This document shows positions 25,672 to 36,372 of a stretch of 64,000 nt of DNA, one piece after another. The position numbers were made by a program, and so were the translations under genes. The notes below the pieces were generated by a model. The model searched no databases. It saw nothing but the letters and a program-made list of their open reading frames with translations, and was not told where the DNA came from. Source of the stretch: Phoronis australis (taxonomy: Eukaryota; Animalia; Phoronida); contig NMRA01000545.1 of the NCBI GenBank assembly GCA_002633005.1, positions 217,690-281,689 on the forward strand, in the 5' to 3' direction. Position 1 is the stretch's first letter, and each line of letters opens with the position of its first letter.

Positions 25672-26484
25672 ATGCTTATCAAGTTAATTCAAGGAGCTTG
25701 TATACAAGGAATAAGGAAGTTCGAACATCCTTTAATGAAACAAAACTGTTTTAAGTGGCACTATGTTAGCATGTACATGTGCCATGCAAGCAATCCAGGA
25801 TTAAGTACTTCATGGAAATTGGGGCGGTTTTGCAATGAGACCTACTGTACCAGAAGTGGAACCAGAGCTAAGGAAAAACAAAACTGGCAATTTCCCACAT
25901 GTTTGCAAGCTGTCAATTTCCACACAGGCTCTGAGAGACAACAAAGCGTGGAAGAAGAAAAAAGGCTTACAATCTGGAAAAACATCAAAGAAATAAGACA
26001 AAGCCCCATACCCGCCCTGACTCTAGGACTCTCTGGAGTAATACCATTTGCTGCTGCACCGACCTACCTGATAGCCTCTGGTGCCTTACTTCCAAACATA
26101 GTTTTTGCTCAGCTTGTTTATGGTGCTTCCATTCTGTCCTTCTTGGGTGGAGTGCGGTGGGGCTTTACTCTGGACAATCACTGTGGCATACAACCCAATT
26201 GGTTTAACTTGTTATACAGTGTAAGCCCATCATTGTTAGCATGGATGGCCATAGTCATACCAGAGACACCTGGACTCCTTACTCTCATCACGGGGCTTGG
26301 TGGCATGATGTACATGGATATGATTTTGCCAGGATATCCTTCTTGGTTCAAAGGATTGAGATTCCTGTTGAGTCTATGTGCCATTCTGTCGCTGTGGACC
26401 ACACTGACTTGTAAATTTTTGTTAAAATCAATTACAGATTCACCAGATGCCAGTGAAACTGCGAAGGACATTGCTGTTGACTAG
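25672..26484 (+). CDS. TMEM69: Transmembrane protein 69 (DUF3429 family), 270 aa, single coding exon
   Basis: Motifs SPIPALTLGLSGVIPF, AQLVYGASILSFLGGVRWG and LPGYPSWFKGLRFLLS; acceptor TTTGTTTCAG at 25661 precedes the ATG at 25672 (the ORF-track start at 25648 is intronic). Confidence 0.93.
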   Translation: MLIKLIQGACIQGIRKFEHPLMKQNCFKWHYVSMYMCHASNPGLSTSWKLGRFCNETYCTRSGTRAKEKQNWQFPTCLQAVNFHTGSERQQSVEEEKRLTIWKNIKEIRQSPIPALTLGLSGVIPFAAAPTYLIASGALLPNIVFAQLVYGASILSFLGGVRWGFTLDNHCGIQPNWFNLLYSVSPSLLAWMAIVIPETPGLLTLITGLGGMMYMDMILPGYPSWFKGLRFLLSLCAILSLWTTLTCKFLLKSITDSPDASETAKDIAVD

Positions 26485-29400
26485 TTGGCTAAATGATAAG
26501 TCAAAAATAACAGTGTGTGTGTTGAATTTTATATTCTTGTTTTTGTGCTCCATTGTAGGTGCTGCTGAATTCATTTTGTTATGTGTGAAATAGGACTATA
26601 ATGTTCAGTGTAGGCACTACTTACCTAATGCATCATTACTTCTGCTAAAGACATGCTTTCCTTTATTTTCAGTAAACAGTGTCATCAGACGTGAGACATA
26701 ACTAAAATACATTTGGATAATTACAGCTCTGCTACTGTTTTATTGACTGACAATTTAGAAGTGACATTCAGTGCTGTTCATTTGTTGAGGCCATTTTGTT
26801 GGTGCACCACCACTAATTTAAGTTATTTTGAAATTTTTTTACTTAATTGTGGTTGCTATTTTAAAAACATTTGATTACCCTTTGAATGGGCATCTTTTGG
26901 GAACGAGTTTAAACAATCAATAGGTTTGCGATTAAATTATTTGCATGGACTGATGATTAGAAGTGGAAAGAGCATCTTTAAGAGGAATTTATGTTATAAC
27001 CTTTGTTTTTCATACATGTGGGGAGTCAATGCCCGTACCAGTGCAAAATCAGCCAAGGTTTATACAAAAATATATCGTAATTGTTGTCTTAGGAAGGTTT
27101 CCTTTATAGTTCTGGTCAGTTGTAAACACTATTTTTAACAAAGAGAAATGTCACCTTTTTGAAGACATTTTGGTCAATTTAGCATATTTTGCTTACTCTT
27201 AAACATATTGTGAACTTTTTTAATTTGTATTTTTTATCTGAAACAGAATTTACTGTTTGAGGAAGAAACAATTCAAATACTGTGTATGTTTGGTTAAGTG
27301 CTGTTACTTTAGTTTTGTTATCCGTATCTGGTGTCATTGCTCAAGCCAAATGGCAAATTGTTAGGTACCAGGCTGACTTAAAAACCATCTAGTGTCTAAG
27401 CAAGATTTGCTGAACTCAATTTTATGACATTGTGTGGGGGGATCAGTTAGCAGAATATGTTATTTAATGCAGCTAATTAATAAGCGTGGATGTGCTTTTA
27501 GGTGCAATTCTTTACTATTCTCATTGTAAAATGTAGTGCTTTTAAATTTCCATCTACCACACTTAGAGCAGTTATCAGAACAGAAACGTGTCAGTGAACG
27601 ATGTTCACTTGGACTGGCTGACCATTGTAACACTGGTCACTTGGACTGGCTGACCATTTTCAGAACTTGCTCACTACACTACACTTTTCATTTGAAGTAT
27701 TACTTTTACTTTAGGTTTTTATTGAAAAAATTCAAAATGCCTCGTATAGTAGGTAAAACATGCCAAGTTGACAAGGAACGCTTTCAAAAATGGTAGCATT
27801 CTCACTCGAGCATACCAAATTGTAGTTATTCAATACACTCTGTATAGCTGCAACCCACTAAAATTAGCGATGTTGGTAAATGTTGATAGAGGTTTTGTTC
27901 ACACCTACAGCTCACATGATGTACTAGAATTAGTAGAACTTTACAAGTTTTAAATTGTTTTGTCATGGTATTACTGGTAAATAGTCAGTGTTGTGTGTAA
28001 GGATGTTCAGAGGAGTCGTAGTTAGCTTTCTTGAATTGAGGGCATGGAAATTTATCAAAAAAATAATGTAGAACTCGTGCTATTTGTTTCCAAGTCTAGC
28101 ATATAATAAAAGCATGTACAAAATTTACAGTGTTAATTTGCATCACTTGTTCGATGGTCATGTATTCTCATATTGCTTCAAAATTGTGGGCATGCCCCAA
28201 ATTTTACGTTAATGCCCTTGAATTTTGTCAGCTACTAAATGGTCTGCAAGTTAGAAATTGCATTCATGCATGTACTGATGTAAAATTTTAAGCTTTGTAA
28301 GGATCCAAAATTATTGAGTAAACATTATTAATGGGAATGAGAATTTGGTCGTTGTTGATGGCTTGCAAGATAACACTTTTGAATTCCTAGTGATTGGTGT
28401 GTCCAACATCTGTGCGACAGAGTTGTGAGAGTAGGTTTACGTTTTGTGCTCTGACTGTGGTAGCAACTATTTGTTAATCATAAATAAAGATGAAAATATG
28501 AAAACCATTGTATTTACATGAACAACACAAATAAAGAACTATAATCAATAACTTTCATACATCACCCTTTCAATATGATGGCATAAAATTAATTTCAAAA
28601 GTATCGGGTCAATACGTTTTTACCTACTTAGCACTCAATATGCCGAACAACTGAAATTTTATTTTGCCAAACTCCTCAAAAAGCAATTACCAAATTTCAG
28701 TCCAGCTTGGATTTTTACTTTGTGCATGTCAAAAACAACATTTGATAAAGTTTCCATTGTTAGGGACAAGGTAGCCACTTGGCCAGAAATTCCACATGTA
28801 CGTAAATGATCACGTTTGTATTAAGTATTGTACGCTAACAATAAAACTTGCATAGGATCAGACCAATATTTTATCAAAGTAAGCCAAGCTGCCTTATCTG
28901 AAGGCACAAAATACTAACTAGAACAACTGTACCCCAGAACTTTATCAAAGTTGAGTTAACATCTGACTTTAGCGTATCAGAATTTTGCTGTGGTATGTGT
29001 TGCACATAAACATCTATATACAAATAGTTGCAAGTTAATCTAATATCCGGAATCTCCCCCAACAGAAATTCTATCTGGTGATTTGAAGAGACACGGAGGT
29101 ACAACATAAAATAAAATTTTCTCAAACGATAAAATGGAACTGTTTTTGTACTGCACAAAACGAGAATACCTTCAGATGGCTACTATTTTGGAAGCTGTTC
29201 AAAACGTACCAAAGCCCATTCCTGCACTATGTCTCCACAAGCGCAATTCCACAATATTAGTTTAACCCACGTCCATGGAAAAAAAATATATGGAACTCGC
29301 ATGCTTTGTAGTATAATTCCGGGGTAGTCAATCACCTCTACTGTGTTGAAAAAGGATAGCAGCTTGGTATAGAATAGAATTCAACAGCAATTTCATGTAA

Positions 29401-29890
29401 ACTATTTCCACACGATATGCAGAGGGCAAAGCCCAATAGTGTAAGAAATCACCAAAACCATAAAATCCAATTGTCTTAGAATTTAAGAATCAAAAACTAG
29501 TTTTCTGGATGACTGAGTTTTCCCAGTATAAAATCTGAATTAAAATGGATACAAAGTACCAAACTTTAAAGGAAAATGAATGATTATAATAAAATAAATA
29601 AGTAGTGTACATGCCATATTTACATCCAATGACTATTTCTCTTCAATACATTACCAAACATATATATTTACATCAGCATTAACTAAAAAGAACAGAAAAT
29701 ATTTGAAAATTTCCTTTAAAATTATTCTTAAAAATAATACGTGTTTTTGTGACAAATATTTACAAGGTTATATACAAAAGAAACTTCTTCATAAGATACA
29801 GCATTATATGTTAGCACCCCAAAAATACAGCCAGATGAATTTTTAAAAATCAAAGATAAAAACAGAATATACAACGCAAGATATTTTCAC

Positions 29891-30071
29891 TCCGTTTGCC
29901 TTGTGCTAAAATTAACCAATGGACACACCGTTTGCCTTGTGCTAAGATTAACCAATGCACACACCGTTTGCCTTGTGCTAAGATTAACCAATGCACACAC
30001 CGTTTGCCTTGTGCTAAGATTAACCAATGCACACACCGTTTGCCTTGTGCTAAGATTAACCAATGCACACA
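29891..30071. repeat. 36-bp minisatellite x5 (CCGTTTGCCTTGTGCTAAGATTAACCAATGCACACA)
   Basis: Directly visible; explains the repetitive ORFs on both strands. Confidence 0.95.
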
Positions 30072-31498
30072 AACTCAAATTTATGCATGCGCTGAATACA
30101 GAGACACAAAGTAAAATTTTATCACAAGCTTTTGGGAAAATCGAACAAAATTTAGTTTCATATAAAGCCTCAACTTGATCTCACAAAGATAATTTTTGAG
30201 GAACCACACAACAACACATTACAAGGCATGTGATGATAGTTGACAAAATTTAGAAATTCACGCACAGTTGAGAATTTTTCATGACATTTCTCCACAAAAC
30301 TACTAGTAAGTCATAATGTAGGTGGCACATTGACTAACTGACAACTCCAAGAACAATTATTCAAATGGAACTTCCCTCTCAGTTGACAAAAGAAAGTACA
30401 GGAGTTTAACTTTAACAGGAAGTTACAAAATCCACAGTGAGATGTCACTAATTTAGGACACATTATGGCCAACATGTGAATTTCACTTTCTGATTTTTCT
30501 AAGAAAGATACGAAGCACCAAATTACTAGTTTTCCATCAACAAGTTCTGTAGCACAGCTACCATCTGAGTGTTTTGGGACAGTGTGGACACTCACAACAA
30601 TGTTAAAAGCCCTTGGAAAATGAAAAAGGAAAATTATTTTTGCCTGAAATTGGTGAAATATTACAGTCACAGATAAATTTCTTTGTACAATCATTTGTCT
30701 GAAGTGCCACCTTTTGGAAGATATCACAACTGAAGATGCCAACAATAACAAAAATTCTACATACAACTCTTGTGAGAACACAAAGGCAACATCTATTTGA
30801 CCTAATTGATAATTCTGGTATTCACAAAACAAACATTAAAAGGAAGCGGACTTTCTTTCATTCAAAGATATTTAGCAACATTGATCTTTATACATGAATC
30901 ATTTGAACATCACTCCCTACAATAATTTGGAAGTGGTAGCAAACAAAAAAAAAATGTGAAATGCCACTACAACAGCTTTAAAATCTCTGTTCAAGTTATA
31001 TACTGTAGATAGAACTGAACCTGTGCACACAAAATATTGCTAACTAGCGACACAGTAAATTTATACAGAAAATGCTTATTGAGTCCAAGAAAACTTTTTT
31101 TGTTCAATGAAAACCAAAATTGAAATATTGGACTTTGAACTTCAGTTACTGTCGCAACTAAATCCACTAAAATGATATAGTATGAACATTAGACACCTGA
31201 ATATTAATCCATAATCACTAGTAACAAGTTGTGTGTTATGGTGTAATAACTTGCTTGACCCAATGTAAAAAAGTGACGTCAGTTTTAAAAATACGCAAAC
31301 TTCTTTCTTTCCTTCCTTCGTAAGAGTCGAAAGCTTTTCACACTTAAAATCATTGACAAAAATCTCAGAACAGCAGCACAAATTTTACGCAATGACATAC
31401 AGTGGTTGACTTTCAGCCCACACTAGAATGCAGTTTACATGTATTCACAACAAACACTATCCACTGTGTTCACTTGACCTTATTACATCCTCCCAGAT

Positions 31499-32182
31499 TC
31501 ATTTCTTTTTGTTCGACGATACATGAACAGTCCTTCGTCTCATTCTATCCTGTAATATATTGGTCGGTAAAATATTAGCTGATGGGACACCTTTATTAGT
31601 GTAGGTGCGTACTGTCTTTTTTATGTTGGCATGAGAAGCAGTTCTTTTCCGCGATGACAGCCTTTCGGTTTTTGCTTTCTTCTGTTTCCTGGGTCTTCCA
31701 ACAGATTTCTTTGGAGATTGTAAGGATGTTTTCTGGTCAGCTGGACGTTTTACATTCTTGTCTCTAAGTGTTTTTGGCTTATTAACCAAAACAGTACTCT
31801 TCCTTGACTGCAGTCTCGACTGCCCGACTCCCTTACTTTTAACAACTGCTTTAGATGCACTCTTAACAGCAGCTTCGCCTTTTTTCCCTGAGATTTTTGC
31901 CTTTTTTTGTTTTGGCTGTTGCTGCTGATATGAATGATCCAGATTTTCCTTGCGTTTGACAGTTCTGTTTCTCTTTTTCTCAATAATAGGCTTCTCAGCA
32001 TCATTTGAAACTGAACGTCTCTGTTTTGTTATCTTTACAACAACAGCGTTTGCTCCACCTCCTTGAGTATTTTCATTTTTCTCGTCAGCATGGGAGTCTT
32101 TAGCTTTAGAACGTCCATTAGAACCATTTGCAACCTTGCTGTACGCATGATCCATCCGAATTCCAAAGGAAAGAGCCTCCAT
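31499..32182 (-). CDS. Uncharacterised Lys/Arg-rich 227-aa protein (probably nuclear and disordered)
   Basis: 684-nt ORF in AT-rich DNA, acceptor CCATTTATAG|GTT immediately before the ATG, strongly biased composition; candidate non-coding first exon at ~35150-35300. Confidence 0.7.
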   Translation of the reverse strand: MEALSFGIRMDHAYSKVANGSNGRSKAKDSHADEKNENTQGGGANAVVVKITKQRRSVSNDAEKPIIEKKRNRTVKRKENLDHSYQQQQPKQKKAKISGKKGEAAVKSASKAVVKSKGVGQSRLQSRKSTVLVNKPKTLRDKNVKRPADQKTSLQSPKKSVGRPRKQKKAKTERLSSRKRTASHANIKKTVRTYTNKGVPSANILPTNILQDRMRRRTVHVSSNKKK

Positions 32183-32504
32183 AACCTATAAATGGAAAAC
32201 CAAATGCCTACAGACTGGCAGCCCAGACCTTATATTATAGATGAAGGAGGTACCTACATCTTACTACAGAAGCACATAGAGTGTACACCAGTATGTACAG
32301 AAATGGATATCTGCCAGTTTCTGCACTCTGTGTGTGACCCCTAGGGACCTTACGAGGGGACAAAATTGAGCTACATTAATCAAAAGCTGATAAAAGTGAA
32401 TGAGCATTCTCATTACAGGGCCACCACTTGTACGCCTTTGGCGTCCACAGGCGATGTATTGTCTAAGTCTAAACTTGTGTTTCATTCTTAGTTGACATGT
32501 TGTA

Positions 32505-32620
32505 GTAATTGCCAAGATCACCCGACTCGGGAATTGAAGCAGCAGTCCTCATAAAACCGGGCTAACCATCCATGATTCAGCTAATAGGCAATTGCTCATT
32601 AGTGAGTAGCTAACAGAGGC
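32505..32620 (-). mobile_element. tRNA-derived SINE head, degenerate copy 1
   Basis: Diverged direct repeat of 32845-32960 with a B-box-like GCTTCAATTCC on the minus strand. Confidence 0.5.
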
Positions 32621-32844
32621 TCATGATTCATTGAAAGCATGTCTACAACATTTCCCTTTTCTCTACACAAGCCCATCTCCTGTCTGCAGATCTCACCAGC
32701 GCACAACTGCATCCAGGAATTTGTTCTCACCAATACTCTCTTTGTGTTCTGGATCTACACTATGCGCGCCATTCGAAGTTGGTGCCAAGTTTCATATGCC
32801 AGTGCTCCATCAGTATTATACCATCTCTTTGTTAACTATGCCAA

Positions 32845-32960
32845 TTGCAGTAATTGCTGAGAACACCCGACCTGGGAATTGAACCAGCGACCCCAATTAA
32901 ACCAGCCAGCATGCTTACCATTTGGCTAACAGGCAATTGCCCGTCAGCGAGTGGCTCATA
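32845..32960 (-). mobile_element. tRNA-derived SINE head, copy 2
   Basis: Minus strand reads GCCTGTTAGCCAAATGGTAAG (A box) ... GCTGGTTCAATTCCCAGGTCGGGTG (B box/T-arm); anticodon arm does not pair well. Confidence 0.6.
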
Positions 32961-32962
32961 TG

Positions 32963-33087
32963 GTTCACTGATCGGATACAGCAATCCAGGATTTAGAGAA
33001 CCAGTTTCATCCACTAAGTAACAGGCCCGTAATTTAGTGACTGCCTGGTTTTCTAAATCCGGGACCGCTATATCTGACCAGTGCGGA
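32963..33087. mobile_element. Degenerate copy of the ~118-bp palindromic mini-MITE seen at 53099-53216
   Basis: Reverse-complement match along the whole length (gatttagagaaccag...cactaagtaac.ggcccgt.atttagtgactgcctggtt). Confidence 0.8.
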
Positions 33088-33129
33088 ATAATTCAACTGA
33101 ACTCTGAAGCACGTCTACAAGTACCGTTG

Positions 33130-33724
33130 GAGGTCCTAAAGTCGTGAGTGCCCTAAAGTTGTGAACGATCTTATTTCCGCTTCGGCGCGGTTCCGCGACA
33201 TCTAGCGATGAAGTTTCCAGCGTTCGTCTGCTTATGAACATTAAACGAATACCCGGACTTGTTGATATTCACAATATGAAAATAAACAGTGAGTGGATGG
33301 CTTCTTTTTACAAATGTATCTTAAAACAGCGCATTTCACTAATTCACTTTTTCGTGCATTTTCAGAATATATTTTGGAAACTAAACATCGTTCATATTTG
33401 TTGTAGCACACCTTCCAGGGGTGGCTTGAACAGTGCATCAAAATGTCCCAGGGTCGATCAAGTTTCGTAAGGCCAAAGCAATGAAATACAGAGAGATAAC
33501 TTATGCTGGGTTCTTAGCGTTTTACGTAAACAGTCTCATTGAAAATGTCTGTGCACATCGAAGTTGTTTGCAAAACACATAATTTATTTTAATTGAAACT
33601 GAATTAATAAACAATGCAATGTGTTTTTGTGTCGTCTAGAGTAACTGTAAGCACTGTAGTTGATTTGCGTGGTCTTACTTCGTGCATTTCCGTCTAAACG
33701 AAACAGTCACGACTTTAGGGCCTC
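33130..33724. mobile_element. Old TIR element with GAG...CTC ends (Sola2-like)
   Basis: Left end GAGGTCCTAAAGTCGTGAGTG matches the reverse complement of the right end CAGTCACGACTTTAGGGCCTC at 19 of 21 positions; no clear TSD. Confidence 0.5.
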
Positions 33725-34583
33725 ATTCAAAATGGCCGGCGATATCAGCGACCGATTCAAAACTCTGTTTACGGAGACAAACACGTATATTTGTGAAGGC
33801 TAATATATTCCATGACATCACATGAGCAGTTGCTAACGGACATTGGGTAGTATGACAGCTGCTTTTTATGCTTATTCACGACTTTAGCTAAGTAAGGTCA
33901 CCAGTGTCTACAATTAGGGAGGACAACGTTTTTCAAAAATTTTAGAAAATGTGCATGTAATATACATCATTAGAAAGCTCTCTACGAGACTAAAAGAACG
34001 GTGCAAAAAATTTTTAAATCGGACTTACGGTTCCGGAGAAAATGGTGTTTTTGTGTCAAATTTTTTGGTAAAAATTCTGTCAAATCAAATTTGTGAGTTT
34101 GAAATATCATAGTTACAAATCTACATAACCTAGACAGACATGTTATACATCATTTCAAAGAAAATTTTATGATGAATAATTTGCAAAAAAGAACATTCCG
34201 ATTGGACATTCCTGTGCGAAGATGTGGACCTTAAAGTCAACAAAGTCGACGAAGAAAAGTCAGTACGTACAATTTTGTCGTTTCAAATTGGCATAAGATA
34301 ACAATTACTCAAGAAAAAAAAAGCTAGTATCATTTCAAGATTTTTCATCAAGGAAGTTGAAATCTGATAATTGGTTTGGGCAAATTATTGATATTATTTT
34401 GTGACCTTTTTGTTGACATGCAGTTTGCGACTTACTTAACTTTGTCAAAATGCATTACTTTAAAAAATTAAAGATAAACAACATCATTTCAAATATGTAT
34501 TGATGAAAAGTGTGATAAACAAAAATTTTAATACAAGCTTCATACAGTAAATAGAAATTAAACATTCTTTCCACAACAATGTA

Positions 34584-34813
34584 NNNNNNNNNNNNNNNNN
34601 NNNNNNNNNNNNNNNNNNNNNNNNNNNNNNNNNNNNNNNNNNNNNNNNNNNNNNNNNNNNNNNNNNNNNNNNNNNNNNNNNNNNNNNNNNNNNNNNNNNN
34701 NNNNNNNNNNNNNNNNNNNNNNNNNNNNNNNNNNNNNNNNNNNNNNNNNNNNNNNNNNNNNNNNNNNNNNNNNNNNNNNNNNNNNNNNNNNNNNNNNNNN
34801 NNNNNNNNNNNNN
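34584..34813. other. Assembly gap (N run) within a repeat-like AT-rich region (~33890-34900)
   Basis: N characters; flanking recurrent CATCATT(T/A) motifs at ~150-190 bp spacing. Confidence 0.95.
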
Positions 34814-35149
34814 ACTTTTTGGGTCTCTTTTACATTAACTTTTCATCAGGAAAAGTTGAAATGCTTTAGTTTGGGAACCAAAAATTCGCCGCGATTCGAA
34901 GGAGCACCCCTAGCGGCAGTACCCGGAACTACGAAGTGAGTCAGAAATACGCCCGATTGACAGAAATCGACGAAGGGCCCGTTTGCAACAAGTGTTTGAA
35001 ATAGTTCATTGATGAACCCTTTAGTGCGTAATACGATTCATTATGTGCGCAAATTAGGAAATGTACCAATTAATTCAGGTCAAAGTTGAAGGTCGCGGGA
35101 ACCGGCAACTTTTTCAACTTTTAAGTCTACGAAAGTGAAAAATACTTAC

Positions 35150-35300
35150 GTAATAACGTGCGCAAGGGTTTCTTCTACAAGTTCACGAAGTTTCACGCCA
35201 AAATTCGAGAGTTTAGTCTTCTCCTGAGTTGAAAACCAAATACCAGTTGTTTTTACCGGCGACCATTTTGCCTTGAAATGTCGGTCACGTCGCTGCAAAA
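35150..35300 (-). other. Candidate non-coding first exon of the basic orphan gene (divergent from RTF2)
   Basis: CpG-rich segment with YY1-like AAAATGGTCG and a strong donor TAC|GTAAGTA at 35150/35149 on the minus strand. Confidence 0.4.
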
Positions 35301-36372
35301 AACTCGTGCAAAGTATTATTAAACGGATTTTGCGACGAAAAAAGACTAACATTTAAGTAAAATAACATCTTATTTCATACTTTGAAGTAATTTGTATTCA
35401 TATTTATTGCATTTTTGAGTGATTTTTTGTCGATTGTAATGTGCAAATTTTACACGGTGACAGATACGCGAAGCGATTTGGTGACGTATGTTGTCCTCGC
35501 TACTACAATGACCAATGTCAATGTTACTAGTATCATTTATAAACAATACATTATCATTTGAAACCAACCTAATGATATAAATTTACATGTGATTTTACAA
35601 CATCAAGACAATTACAAGAGAAAGGCAAAAGAAAGCCAAAACTTGTCAAAAGCTGCCAGCCCGAAGCCAAAAATGGCAAAAACCAATCAGAAACCTGTCT
35701 TAGTTAAAAACACAAGTTGAAATTGAAACTAGTTTTTAACAATTTACGATAAAAAATTTCACATATACCTCTGGGGGCAATGAATCTTGGGTTACTTCGA
35801 TCGTCATTTGTTACAGACAAACGAAAAACATTACAATTCGTCTCCAACAAGAAAAGGTAACCTGTCAAGCACAAAATGGTTGTTTTCAAACAAGAGTTTA
35901 ACGAGGAAGTGAATAATATATGTGGCCACACACCAACTGCATGTCGATATTGTATTCAAAATATAATAAATTGAACAACTAAAACGCAAATGATTGGATT
36001 GTTAACCTGTTTTCACTAAATTTAAACATTTGTAGATCAAAACGCAAAACTTTTATTTCAATTTTCGACCGTGGCTTTGTTTAGTAGAGACAGGTTGCTT
36101 GTGAAATAGTTTCGTAATTTTTAAGCGACAATGCACTCATTTATTTATTGTCAATAATTGTTATACGATAATCACATATTCGATATTTACTTTAATTTGG
36201 TTTCAAAAAGCATGAAACTGGTCAATATTTGTGCAAAATTCACGGTACATTATACGAAACAATCAGGTAAAGCTGTACAGTTTGTGATAGCAGTGAAAAT
36301 TATACTGTTGTTTGACGTTGTTGTTGCAGTGTTGTGTCGTTCCTTTTCACCAAATATACGAACCAAGCCGAA

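Noticed and set aside
30311-30832. 173-aa minus-strand ORF
   Set aside because: Non-ATG start, composition typical of T-rich UTR, no recognisable motif; probably 3' UTR of the orphan gene.
32865-32937. Functional tRNA gene
   Set aside because: A and B boxes are present but the acceptor and anticodon stems pair poorly, and a diverged twin lies nearby; treated as a SINE head.
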